DNA of 64,000 nt, from positions 49,290,001 through 49,354,000 of the forward strand of contig OZ024747.1 in the NCBI GenBank assembly GCA_964016885.1, written 5' to 3'. The DNA comes from Eledone cirrhosa. Taxonomy: Eukaryota. Positions 27,647 to 40,232 of the stretch are shown here, in pieces (positions within the stretch are counted from its first letter, which is position 1; every line of letters starts with the position of its first letter). The notes beneath the pieces are model-generated. The model made no database searches and was not told the origin of the DNA. It saw nothing but the letters and a program-made list of their open reading frames with translations. The position numbers and the translations under genes were made by a program.

Positions 27647-28852
27647 ATATATATATATAGCTAGATAGATAGAGAGAGAGCGAGAGAGATGAACTATATA
27701 TATATATATATAGTTTTTACGGACGTAAAAATGATGATGATATATCTGGAAAAAGAGAGATTACTCCAACAAGTACAGTAAAGTCTATACTTCACTGATC
27801 TAATAGACTGAAACATGTTCAGAGTTGTCTGAAATAATTAAAATAACTTTAGACATTGAACTAGTGGTCTTCTTTCCTCAATACATAAATATTTCTGATT
27901 AGAATGTTTTATGCTCCCTACATCTAATGTGTTAATGTAACTTGAAGTAAAGGCATTTGATGTAGTGACACTATCTCAATGTGAAGGCATGTGGACTAGT
28001 GGTTAGGGTGTTGGGTCATGATTGTAAAGTTTGGAGTTCAATTCGTAGACTGGTTGACGTATGTCATATTACATCAGTCCAATAAGCTGAAATAATTTTC
28101 TAATATAGGCACACGGCCAGCAAATTTGGGGAAAAGGGAGAAGTTCATTAAATCAAACCTGGTATTGGTATTTTATCAATGCCAGAAGAGTGAAAGGCAA
28201 AGTTAACCTCAGTAGGTTAACTTATGAACTGAGAATGTAAAGAGCAAGAACAAATACAGTAATGATAAACTCATGTTCCACTAATTCTACCACCCTGCCA
28301 CAGTATGAGTACCAGTAGCAACAGTCAGAGGTTAATTTTGAAACAGACTAGCAGTCCATTGAGGGGTAGCCATGTAATCTTAGTCACTTAACATCACATA
28401 AAACCAGGATAAGTTCAACCTGATGAGTCTTTGGGGTTGAGAAAAAATATTTTTCACACAGTATTTCTGCCTTCTCAACTAACTGAAAGTGTCAACAACA
28501 GAAAATAATTGTTTCTACTTTTGACACAAGGCCATCAATTACTCCAGTGCATTACTGGGGGTGGAAGAAGTCAATTATATATGACTTCCAGTACTTAACT
28601 GGTACTTTTTTTACCCCAAAAGGATGACAGTAAAAGTTAGCCTCAGTGGGATTTGAACTCAAAATATAAAGAGTTGTAACTAAATGTCATAAAACAAAGT
28701 CGAGAGGAGCCACTGGCACTATCAAATGTCTGACAACTTCTCTAATGTTGATACCATGATAAAGTGTACTCAGTCTACTCTGCAAAGTGGCTGCTGTTAT
28801 GAAGGGCATCCAGCTTTAGAAACCATGCCAAATTTGGAACAAATGAGTAAAA

Positions 28853-29250
28853 TGTGGTCACTGACCCAGTCAGGCCTCAGACCACGCCATCCTCTCCAAC
28901 ACATACACATGTGGTCACTCTGACCCAGTCAGGTCTCAGACCATGCCATCCTCTCCAACACGTACACATGTGGTCACTGACCCAGTCAGGCCTCAGACCA
29001 CGCCATGCTCTCCAACACATACACATGTGGTCACTCTGACCCAGTCAGGTCTCAGACCATGCCACCCTCTCCAACACGTACACATGTGGTCACTGACCCA
29101 GTCAGGCCTCAGACCACGCCATGCTCTCCAACACATACACATGGTCACTGACTCAGTCAGGCCTCAAACCACGTCATCTTCAACACATACATGTGGTCAC
29201 TGACCCAGTCAGGCCTCATACCATGCCATCCTCTCCAACACATACACATA
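28853..29250. repeat. ~59-61 bp minisatellite (tgtggtcactgacccagtcaggcctcagaccacgccatcctctccaacacatacaca)
   Basis: About 6.5 tandem units, with an alternating two-unit pattern. Confidence 0.95.
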
Positions 29251-29259
29251 TGATGGTAG

Positions 29260-29455
29260 CCACAAGGCCAGCAATTTTGGGGAGGGGTAAGTCGATTAAA
29301 TCGACCCCAGTGCGTGACTGGTACTTTATTTTATCGACCCCGTAAGGATGAAAGGCAAAGTTAAACCTCGGCGGGATTTGAACTCAGATCATAAAGGGCC
29401 GTAACTCTATGCTGCAAAGCATGGCGTCCGGCCCTCTACTGCCAATCCACCGCCC
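29260..29455 (-). mobile_element. SINE family A
   Basis: Core and tRNA-like head as in 385-571. Confidence 0.88.
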
Positions 29456-29497
29456 TTTATGTGACATAATAATGAAAAGTTTAAAGAAAGTATTTAC

Positions 29498-29545
29498 CTG
29501 TAGTGCAGCCCTCTGAGCTGGAGTCATTGGAGCAGCATCATAACT
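29498..29545 (-). CDS. INIP: SOSS complex subunit C, coding exon 4: SYDAAPMTPAQRAALQ
   Basis: Acceptor ttctcccttcctttccag, donor gtaaat, 48 nt, phase 0-0; AQRAALQ matches the QKAALQ that precedes HAH in INIP. Confidence 0.93.
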
Positions 29546-29974
29546 CTGGAAAGGAAGGGAGAAAATAAACAACAAAATAAAGCAGTAAAATATATTAAAA
29601 TATCATAATCCACCATCTCCACCTGCTTATTAATTTTTCAAATTTTTTTCAAACCCCACCTGCTAATTAAATTTTGCTAATCTATCTCTGGCAAAATTTT
29701 ATTGTAAATAATTCATATTTATACAGCAGCTGGAGAATCTAATAATTATTTTATTTTACATTGAAAAACATTATATATGACAAAAAAAGAGCATTACAAG
29801 AAATCTCATATTTACAAACGTACACTATACAATTATCGATTCAGCCCTGCCCCTGCTTATTCCCCCACCCTATTATGTTAGACAGTAATGATGATTGTAA
29901 AATGTGTGATAAATCTACTAAACCTCTAACATCAATTCAAAGTAGATTATATATCTAAATCTAAAGACTGTCTT

Positions 29975-31282
29975 AAGCCAGAAGACTCATTAGGGCAGTT
30001 CTTATCCCAGTTTCATGGCATGAAGTGACTGAGAGTACAAGACTTCCTCCTGGACAGGACGCCAGTTCATCACAGGGTTAAACCCCCACCTATTGCTGGT
30101 ACTCATTTTCAGTTGAGTATACTGGAGCTTTTGACAACATGAAACTACCCAGCTTGTGGAAACTCTTCAACAAGACCTCAATTAGCAGAGGGTACATCAA
30201 CCTACTGAAAGAGACTTGCACCAACTCAACAGCATATATCAAAACAGATTTGGGAACTACATGCTGTATAGACATCTTGAAGGGAGTTAAGCAGGGGGAT
30301 GTACTATCAGCACTTCTTTTCTGTATAGTTATAGCTGCACTTGTCTACCAAACTGAAGGTGAATGCTCCTCTGGCTATCAAATAGGAGGTAAAATCCTAT
30401 CAAATCTTAGCTATGGAGATGATTTGGCCATCATGTGTTACTCTAGAACTGATCTGCAAGACTTCCTGAATGAACTGGCCAAACATTCGCTGGAGGCTGA
30501 CTTACATATCAACATCTCCAAAACAAAGTGTATGACAACTGATGAAAACAATGCCAATCTCCAACTCGTGGTCTGCGGTCGGCGGATTGCTCGGGTTACG
30601 GAGTTTGTGTGTCTCGGTCACAGACTGTCATCAGGCGGCAGTGGAGTGGTTGCTGCGCTCCAGGTTGGGTGGCTTTCAACAAGGGCAAGGAGGTACTGAC
30701 ATCAAAACGAGTTTTCTATCATTTGAAAGCTAGGGTCTTCGATACTTACATCCTGCCAGTTGTGTTATATGGTCTTGGCTGTGTTGATTGGATGACAGGG
30801 TCGCTTTGGAGGCTCTCTGCATTCCAGAGCCACATCGTGGGACCTATGGCTAGTGGGCAGCTCAGCGACCATGTGTATATCAGTGAGCTGCTCAACATTA
30901 CTAAACTTGGACCAATTGCATCAATTGTCAAGTCAGGAGTGCTCAGGCTGTGCGGTCATATAGGGGGATCGACTTGTGGTGTGAGTGGGTTGTGCCTGGA
31001 GGGAGGGTTGGCTGGTGAGAGAGGCAGAGGCCAGCAGTCAAAACGATGGCTTGATAATGTCAACTTATGGACTAGACTTGATCTTTGCTCTTTAGACTCT
31101 GCTGCTCGAACTTTGTGGAGAGGAATATCTCATGTTGATGCGCAGTCTGCAACTGGCGGAGTTTAGTGAAGAAGAGATACTGGAGCAACATGAAATGAAG
31201 TGTTTTGCTCAAGAACACAACACACAACCTAGGCCAGGAATCAAAGTCCAACACACTTACCACTAGGCCACACACCTCCACA
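29975..31282 (-). mobile_element. Old CORE-like SINE split by the LINE insertion (halves 29975-30128 and 31177-31282)
   Basis: Removing 30129-31186 restores ...agttgagtatactggagcaacatgaaatgaagtgttttgctcaag, the CORE-like segment of family B. Confidence 0.75.
30129..31176 (+). mobile_element. 5'-truncated RTE-like LINE with an A-to-G hypermutated 3' half
   Basis: RT motifs KGVKQGDVLS, LSYGDDL and INISKTK; short gaa-type tail; 10-bp TSD atactggagc at 30119-30128 and 31177-31186. Confidence 0.92.
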
Positions 31283-31489
31283 TTATATATGTTGAAAGTA
31301 ATAGTGCTATGACTTATATATGAACAGACATGCTATGTTTGAATTTGTTTCACTAGTATTGTAAATAATTTAAATATTTCTTCATATCCATTAAAAAAAA
31401 TATGCATATTTTTTTTTTGAGGGCGGGGAGGGAATTCTAAGATAAAATCTAACAAACTTCTACCAGGACTTGTCATGAATCCGATCAAA

Positions 31490-31845
31490 ACTACTACTAC
31501 TATTAGTTACTTCTGCTGCTGCTGCTACTACTACTACAATTACTTCTGTTGCTGCTACTACTACTACTACAATTACTTCTGTTGCTGCTACTACTACTAC
31601 TACAATTACTTCTGTTGCTGCTATTACTACTACTACAATTACTTCTGTTGCTGCTATTATTACTACTACTACAATTACTTCTGTTGCTGCTATTATTACT
31701 ACTACTACTACTACTACTACAGTTACTTCTGCTGCTACTTCCACTACTACAGTTACTACTGCTACTACAACTGTCACTACTACAGTTACTACTGCTACTA
31801 CTACTACTACAGTTACTACTACAACTGTCACTACTACAGTTACTT
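31490..31845. repeat. (CTA)n-based compound micro/minisatellite, ~30-bp unit
   Basis: ttacttctgttgctgctactactactactacaa repeats; accounts for the poly-L/Y/V ORFs. Confidence 0.95.
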
Positions 31846-32309
31846 CTGATACTTTGGATGTATTAAATATTTTTTAGTGTGCATCTATTGGCGTTACATG
31901 CCTTAAATACATCTGCAGTTATATCAAGCAAAACAACAAATAAACATTCCAAGACTTGTATACAACAATAGTTTTAAGGTCATTTCCCTGCTAGAGCAAA
32001 CCCCATGACAAGCTATGTCCTATCATCTACTTTCATTTCCTCCTCCCCCATTAATTTTAGCCATATGTTTCTTTATCTTCCCCTTCTCTCTACATTCCAC
32101 CACTCCTCTCACCCAGTCAGTTTCATCTTTCCTCAACACAACACTTGTCAAGTTTTTCTGCATCTATTTGCCCCATCATCTGCATCTTCCCACCAACACC
32201 CTCCTGGCTTATATGCCGCCTCTTCCCCATCAATTTTAGCTATGTCGTTTTTAGCCTTCCCTTTCCTCTACTTCCTTCCACCTTCATGTAAATGTTGAAG
32301 AATACTTAC

Positions 32310-32508
32310 CGAAGGAGCTGTCAAAGGATTGACAACAACACGGTTGACTTCCCGGCCAACACTTCCAGGCACACTGGAGACATTTACAGGAGTTGGAGGC
32401 ATGGTAGGATTGACAACTGGAGGTAGAATACTGGTGGAAGCATTTCCATTGTTAGTTGGATTGTTGGGTGTCACTGGTACAGCTAGGGGGCTTCCTGGAG
32501 TACAGGAA
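32310..32508 (-). CDS. INIP: SOSS complex subunit C, coding exon 3 (Pro/Val/Asn-rich linker SCTPGSPLAVPVTPNN...VVVNPLTAPS)
   Basis: Acceptor ttgttccttgttttag, donor gtaagt, 199 nt, phase 2-0; open and in frame with exons 2 and 4. Confidence 0.88.
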
Positions 32509-32555
32509 CTAAAACAAGGAACAAAATAAACAACTCATGAAGCAGGGTTTATATT

Positions 32556-32730
32556 CCTCATCATCATTGTAGCATACTTTCATCATCACCATGGTAGTAT
32601 ACTTTCTTCATCATCACCATGGTAGCATACTTTCCTCATCATCACCATGGTAGCATACTTTCCTCATCATCATCATGGTAGCATACTTCATCATCACCAT
32701 CATAGCATACTTTCATCATCATCATCATCA
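32556..32730. repeat. ~24-27 bp tandem repeat (catcatcaccatggtagcatactttcct)
   Basis: About 6 units. Confidence 0.85.
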
Positions 32731-33022
32731 TTATGGTAACAAAGGAAATGTGGTGTGTAATCATTATGTTCACAAAAGAATCAACACCATTTTACATGTA
32801 TTCCAAGCTGGCGTGGGTTGGATGGGTTTGTCATATTCTGAGACAATAAAAGTCAGACGATCACATCTTCCATTCTGACATGATTTCTATAGATAGATAC
32901 CCTTCCTAATGCCAACCACTTTACGGTGTATACTGAGTGCACGAAATGAACTTTATAGCTCAAACATATGTAGGTTTAGTCTGCCACCTATGAGGTTATA
33001 TCTTACGGGAGATATATATATA

Positions 33023-33215
33023 TAAAATACAATATGTTGAAAAGGTAACACACCAGAGAGAGATATACAGTGCGCTATCAATAAAACAGGGAAAACAAAA
33101 AAAAAAATCACCAGTGTATGGAATCTATAACCTATGAAAGGCAGACTATAGTCTGCCTTTATATGCACTGTATATCTCTCTCTGGTGTGTTACCTTTTCA
33201 ACATATTGTATTTTA
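33023..33215. repeat. Perfect 51-bp inverted repeat enclosing a 24-bp palindrome
   Basis: Arms 33023-33073 and 33165-33215; aaaggcagactatagtctgccttt at 33137-33160. Confidence 0.9.
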
Positions 33216-34010
33216 AAGAGCTCAGGATTTCTTCTTCTTTGAGCACATTATTTACAGGGAATAGCGAGAGCCTATGCCTCCGTTAATTTATCGTGATATA
33301 TATATATATACATATACTGCAAAGTGGTTGTGGAGGTGCCGCGGCAAAAAAGCACCCAGCGAACACTGTAAAGTGGATGTGTAGGCAGCAAGCACTCGCT
33401 GTAAATTAGGTTGGTGTTAGGAGGGGCATCCAGCTGTAGAAATCAAGCCAGAATCAGTTCCCATATGAGCAAGACAAGGTCAGCCGGCTGGACACTGCTC
33501 ACAACAGGACAACCCGTCTAATCCATGCTAGCGTGGAAGAATGAACGAAAAACAATGATGATGATGATATATATATATATATATATATCAATGTATTTTT
33601 AAGGTAAAGGCTTTATCTTACAAAATTATCTCACATAATATCGAGTCTACAGGATTTTGATGTTATATATTTTGAGAACAATACCTTAACATCTGTATGA
33701 GTGGCCAGCTGGTTTGAACAGAAAGAGGTGACAGAATTCTGGCAGGATATGGTTGGTTTAAATGTTACAGGGTTAATGATAGGGACTCCTAATCCTATCA
33801 TAAAAAGTAACATGAAATGAAGTGTCTTATTTAAGATGCGCCACTATCCAGGAATGGACCCTATAACCTTATGACTGTGAGCCAAACACTAACCACTAAA
33901 CCATGCACCATGGAATTTGAACTCATAATTCTAAAAACAGAACCAATACTGCAAAGCATGTTGTTCAAAGGCTGTAGTGTAAGTGTAGCAGAGATCAACT
34001 ATTACATACA

Positions 34011-34746
34011 CTAGCAGAAAAACCAACCTTCGGGTGGTTTTCTGCTAGCATGTATAGTGTGCATATTGATATTATATGCAAATATATATGCATTTAGATA
34101 TGATACGTCAAATAAAATCATAATTGACAATATGCACAGAAATTGAAGAGAGACTGTTACACCCTCTTCTGTAATCAGTAAAGTAATCCAAATACATTTT
34201 AAAAAAGACGATATTATATATAAACTGCATTAGGAGAAAATTAGTGACGGAAATATATGAACATTTATATAAGCGATGTAATAAGTGTTATAATATAACA
34301 GGTGCTAACTGGAAGTGTTGACATTTGAAAATTTTAAAGAAGTGAATCTTGAAATAAGCAATAAAATTATATTTAATCAAGAGTTATGAAATTTAGTACA
34401 TAAATTACGTAATATACATTCATTATTTATTCCAAGTAATCCAACTTATTTTACAAATGGGATTAAAAAAATATATTCTGGGCACTGTCCCGCACTCCTC
34501 CCTGTATCATATTATGATTGACAAGGGGTTCAAATTACACACTGAGCACATCTATACTAGGATATAAACAAATAGCATTTGAAGTTTTCTATTCTGTATA
34601 TTGTTGTATAGCTCCAGCTGAGCCTTGATGCTCCACCACCAACACAGCTGCTGGTACATCATTTAGAGCATTGGACACCATGCTTCGCAGCATAGAGTTA
34701 CGGCTCTGTACGTTCTGAGTTCAAATCCAGCCGAGGATCCTTTGCC
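34011..34746 (-). mobile_element. Non-autonomous Helitron-like segment, copy A (inverted partner of 40233-41360)
   Basis: Terminal hairpin ctagcagaaaaaccaaccttcgggtggttttctgctag; reverse complement of 40233-41360 minus two SINE insertions. Confidence 0.75.
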
Positions 34747-35599
34747 TTTCATCTACAAGGTCAGTAACACACAGGAGTCGATGTAATCATCCCCCCCCCC
34801 CCTCAAATGGCTGGCCATGTGCCTAAATCATCAGAAACCATTATCTTTTTCACAAATTTAAACTACACCTCACTTTATTTATGATCTTACGTCCAACCAA
34901 CAACAAGCATTTTAAGGCTATTTCCCATGTTGAAGCAGGAGTTAGTCTTATGGGCCCCATAATTAACTTTTCCATTTTACCCCATTATCTGTATCAAACC
35001 TTTGGCTTTCATTTCGTCCTCCATCATTGACCAGGTCTTCCTTGATTTTTCTCTTCTACTTCCTTTTATATTCATTTCCATCACAGTTATCCTTCCTCAG
35101 CAAATGACCCAACCATCTTATTCTATTTCTCTTCATAAGCAAGGAAAGTAGACAACAGGTAATAATAAAGATTCATTATTGGTTTTATATTTATCATTCT
35201 GCCACTTTCATCCTTCTTCACATTAGAACCACCACCACCTTATATGCTCATCATAGTATTGTTTGTTCATTAGAACCATCACCTCCTTATTCTTATAACT
35301 GTCTTCTCCATTAGCAGTATGCCAAACCTCCAGTTTCAGTCAGTGACTTCACCAATGTTTTGTCCTTCCCCTCCACAGTTCCATGTAGGATATTCTTTGC
35401 AAAGCTACTGGATATTTTTACATGGCCATACCATTTCAGCTTTCCTTTCTTCATCCTTGTGAGGTCTTCATGTGGGTAAATGAGATCATGTATGGGTTTT
35501 CAGACCTACTTATTCATCATCATAATTGCAGCCAGTCAAATATTCCTGACAGAGTCTTTACAAAATTCACAATTTTCCATTGCTCCAGGCAGCTCTCCC

Positions 35600-36050
35600 T
35601 ACTGAGGTTTGTATTGTTTGAGAGATGGTCGACAAAGGTTCAAGCAGGTCTTCCTCTACTGCATCTCCCGTAAGTTGGTTCCCACACTAGTAACTTGAGT
35701 ATAACTTCTTTCTTACTTCTCCAGCAATGTCCTGCATTCCATAACCGTCTTTGAGCAACTATAGTTATCTTGGGCAAGTTTCTGTATAAACTTTCGTTTG
35801 TAATACGTTGATGTCAGTTTATGTTTTGTACAACCCTAAGTAGTTTAGTTTCTTAAGTGCTAGTGTCAGAGTCCATGTACCTGATTCATACAACAACACT
35901 GACTTAACAGATGTTCTAAAGAATGATATTTTTCTTTTTCTGGGTAGATCTGGCTTCTATATTCTTTCCATTTTGTTCATTCTAGCCGAGACTTTATAAA
36001 TTCTAATGTCAATGTCCTTTTTCGATGAACTCATCCAGCTGCCCGCAAAT
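35600..36050 (-). mobile_element. Old RTE-group LINE 3' fragment
   Basis: Minus-strand translation gives FFRTSVKSVLLYESGTWTLT and AGHCWRSKKE. Confidence 0.65.
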
Positions 36051-36419
36051 TATCAACTCGATTTAGTAGTATTCTGCGATCCAGTGTAACAAGACTGAAT
36101 AGATCGACTGTCTCGTATATATTACTCTATAAAAAATTTAATACTCGAGGTGACTTGCAACAGTTATTGCCCTTGCTGTAGGGCATATTAGATAATGAAA
36201 TGATAGACAAAATACAATTTAATATCAAAGGTAGGAGTTATTCCTCTTGTATACACTTATTAGACCACCGGAGTTCCTTACATGGTTGCTCCATCTGCTA
36301 GAAATAGCAGCCAAATTCAAAATCACACTATACTAGTGGAGGATATATTTGATAATGCAGTCATAAATAAACTATGTCTAGAATGTTGTGATCATGGGTT
36401 TATTTGATAGCTGCTGACC

Positions 36420-37560
36420 CGTGAGGATCTCCAGGGCTGCCCACACTTTCCTGGCCAAAGCGTTAGTGGCATCCATCGACTAGGCATTTGATAACAGCCC
36501 GCAAAACTGGAACAAACTCTTCAGTTTTGTATCATTCATACTTGGGATCCAGATGACGGAGAGCTCGGCCCCCTCCTTGACTTTGAGGTTGAGAGGCAAC
36601 GTCGCTTCCTTTGACCACTTCTCACCAATCAGATTCTCACTTCTAAAAACTACTCATATATGCCAACACCGTGCAATGCAGGCTCCTTCTGACTGCAAAA
36701 CAGCTCCATGACCAAGTCAATTGCAAATTAATCGATGGTGATGTTTCAGCTGCAGTGTGCTGGCCTTGAGTGACGCGGTACTCCAGCCCGCTCTCCGTCT
36801 ACCAGACTCACTGGCTGATATCAGGGACTTCCAGATACCTGACAGTGTTGCTACTGTGTGTGTCCGATAAGGATGTGACAACAGCCCTGGGATCCTTCCC
36901 AGGGAGTAGAAGCAGTGGAGTGGCTGGCCTGCGACCCAGCCACTTCAGAGATCTAATCTTGCCATTTTCCATCAAGGCAGGAGCATGGCTGTTCTGATCC
37001 ATTACCGCTCTCTTCAACCATGTCCATGATCTTCTCTTTTCAGCCAACTTGATAACGTTGAAGAATAATGATGGTGGCATACAGCCATTGCAGTGAGCAA
37101 CGCCTTTCAATGATTTGCAGCCAAGATATCCTGCAGGTCATTCATTGACGACCTGAGTAGATATTCAGCCCTGTCCAGCTTGGAGTGGGAGTGTGGATGT
37201 GAGGCTCATGTGGCCAGACACTTCATAATGTACGTGCCTCCTTCGTCACCTCACATCCAAGTAAAGCTGGACATGCGTTCAACAGCATTAGGCGGGATCA
37301 CATTTTAGAGATATGTCTAAGACGTGTTCTCTTATTGCACCCTGTGACATACCTCTCTTATGGGACACCCAGGACAATCATGGCTGCTGACAAATGGATC
37401 ACCTCTGCTACAGGTGACCAACTCGGCCAGCTCATTTTCGCACTGGATGTTGATGACATCACCCACACAGTCTGCTCGCCTTTCAATGTTTGTTGCTGAG
37501 GACCACTATTGGAAAGACGGCAGCCCACTTGAGGAGGGTGCCTTTTGCATCAGGTGTCTC
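36420..37560 (+). mobile_element. CRE-clade non-LTR retrotransposon RT fragment
   Basis: ALGSFPGSRSSGVAGLRPSHFRDL, KNNDGGIQP, VQLGVGV and KLDM resemble CRE-type RT motifs; GC-rich island. Confidence 0.75.
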
Positions 37561-38046
37561 TGGCCATTCTTCGTGGTAACGCCTGTGCCATTTTGTTTGT
37601 GGGGCACTGCTCAGACAGAGAGGAGGAGTGTTTGTCCCTCTCCTTCTCCTTTTCTTTCATTGCTTGATCCTTTTTTTTTCTTCTCTTCCCTTTAGTAGTA
37701 TGTTTTGTTTTTATTAAATACTGCTCCTCAGTTATTTTCATGTAATTTAACAGGTATATTATATTTCTCTCATTAACATTCTTTATATTTCTGTCCACCT
37801 GTAACAGTTAATAAAGTTACTTAATAATTAGAAGCTGGAGCTGGGTTAAGTAACAAGTGTTTTTGTCATTTTAAGTCCATTAAATTACATACATATGTAC
37901 CGAGATACATATGTACCGAGATACATATGTACCGAGATACATATTTACTGTGATATATATATCTACTGAGATATATATGTACCCATTCAATTATATATAT
38001 ATACCAGGAGATTTGAAGGTAATCATTTACTGACAGATCTACTTAC

Positions 38047-38185
38047 TTGCTACTACTACTACTGCTACTACTACTACTACTACTATTACTAGTACTGCTG
38101 CTGCCTTGGTTATGTTGAGCCTGCATACGGAGTAGTTTCTTTTTCTCTTCTAATTGTTCCAACAGCTGCTTCCGATTTGCTCGTT
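38047..38185 (-). CDS. INIP: SOSS complex subunit C, coding exon 2: (E)RANRKQLLEQLEEKKKLLRMQAQHNQG plus poly-Ser
   Basis: Acceptor tttatttcttttatag, donor gtaagt, 139 nt, phase 1-2; matches the INIP N-terminal helix (human NRVAILAELDKEKRKLL). Confidence 0.93.
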
Positions 38186-38484
38186 CTATAAAAGAAATAA
38201 AGAAGAAAATAAGGGAAATTCAAATAAATAAATAAATAAATGAAGAGTACTTGGCAGGAGACCCAGAGGTAGACCCTGAGCAAGATGGTTGGATAACATC
38301 CATGAGTTTGGCTAGTCTTGCTTGGGGATCCAGCCGGATCATTTGGAGACGGTTGCTTCTGACAGGACCCGCTGGAAGCAGTGTTTGAGGATTTTGGCCC
38401 CACAAGCTTCTCAGGAATAAGTTGGCGAAGAAGGAGAGGACTTGGGTGAAAATGGTGACAGTTGAAATTCACAAAGTAGATAAC

Positions 38485-38756
38485 ATAGTAACAACATAGG
38501 GGGTGAGATGTAGTACTGGAGAAGAGACTGTGTTGGTATCGACATGTAATGTGTAGTAACAACATAGGGCTGAGATGTAGTACTGGAGAGGTGACCGTGT
38601 TGGTATCGACATGTAATGTGTAGTAACAATATAGGGGTGAGATGTAGTACTGGAGAGGTGACCGTGTTGGTATCGACATGTAATGTGTAGTAACAATATA
38701 GGGGTGAGATGTAGTACTGGAGAGGTGACCGTGTTGGTATCGACATGTAATGTGTA
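38485..38756. repeat. 67-bp minisatellite, 4 units
   Basis: tggtatcgac recurs at 38534, 38601, 38668 and 38735. Confidence 0.95.
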
Positions 38757-38959
38757 TGGATGATAATGGGTAAAAAAAGTAATAAAGTGAAGTGTAAAGA
38801 GTTTCAAGTGGAAGAGAAAAACTGAGGAAGTATTAGACAGAAATAGTGACCCCTGGAAATTGATCAGATCAATGACAACAACTTCAGACTAACTCATACA
38901 CAAGAAGAAGACTACTACACATGAGAGGGGGATAAGAAAGGAATGCAGCAAGTGAAGAG

Positions 38960-39285
38960 AAACTGAGCTGGAGAAGACTCATTTAACTCATATATAAGAA
39001 ACTGTGCTGGAGAAGATTCATTTAACTCATATATAAGAAACTGTGTTGGAGGAAACTGATCTAACTCATATATAAGAAACTGTGCTGGAGAAGACTCATT
39101 TAACTCATATATAAGAAACTGTGCTGGAGAAGATTCATTTTACTCATATATAAGAAACTGTGCTGGAGAAGACTCATATATAAGAAACTGTGCTGGAGGA
39201 AACTGATCTAACTCATATATAAGAAACTGTGCTGGAGAAGACTCATATATAAGAAACTGTGCTGGAGAAGACTTATTTAACTCAT
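38960..39285. repeat. 39-bp minisatellite with 30-bp variants (aagaaactgtgctggagaagactcatttaactcatatat)
   Basis: About 9 units. Confidence 0.92.
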
Positions 39286-40232
39286 GCACAAGTTTAGAAA
39301 AGAGCTAGTTGTATTTTCTCACTTAACATCAATGAAAGCAGGAGAAAGACTGACCTGATAAGGTTCTAGGCTCAAAACAGACTTTAAACAGTGATGGTCA
39401 GCATTGGAAGGGATTGAACTGTAAATAGTGATGTTTATCAAGACCCTTGTCAGCCCTGAACTCAGAGACCTCTCGTGAAAGGTATTTGAAGACTAGATAT
39501 TGAAGGGATTACATTTAAAAGAAGTATAATATTTTGTAAGGACTCATCTGTTAAAAGTAAGTCTTAAACAGTCATTAGAATTAGTAGAGCTAGTGATAGT
39601 CTGTATCAGCATTATTTTTATGTCTACTTCTCATACCAGCATGGGTTAGATGGGGAGTCACATTCAAAGTCAGCATACTCAAACATTTCAGATTTTGGCA
39701 TGGTTTCTACAACTAGATGCCATTCCCTGCATCAACCACTGCAGAGTTTATTGGTTGCATTTTATTGTGTCACCAGGACCAGAAAGGTTGTCATGTCCTC
39801 TACAGACTCTATCCTATGTTGTCCTCATTTGATCACTAACCCCTTTAAAGTGTATTGGATACATTTTATCATGACTTCAGCACTATCTCTTTACAGTGCA
39901 GACTGTGTGCTTTTCGTCGTGGCACCAACACTAACATATTACAGCTTACTAAATGATTTCTTCTAATGTTACCTAGGGGACATGTTGAATGGTGAAGGTG
40001 GCTAAAGAGAGATGTGCATGGAAGAAGTTCCAGAAACTGAGTGGTGTGCTAATGAGGGTCACTGAAGCTGTAGTGAAAGGTGAATGCTGTATGCATGAGA
40101 AGTGCCATGATTTAAGGGAGTGAGTCGTGAGTGATAAATATGGAGAAACAAAGAAGGCTAGAAAGAGGAGAAATGAGAATGGTCCAGTGGATGAGTGGAA
40201 TATCACTGAGTGAGATGGTCAAACAATAAACT

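Noticed and set aside
31460-31866. Poly-Leu/Tyr/Cys/Val ORFs
   Set aside because: Translations of a (CTA)n compound repeat.
38110-38807. 189-aa and overlapping repetitive ORFs
   Set aside because: They derive from the 67-bp minisatellite; the real exon 2 is in another frame. The GC-rich stretch at ~38245-38460 remains unexplained, probably a TE relic.
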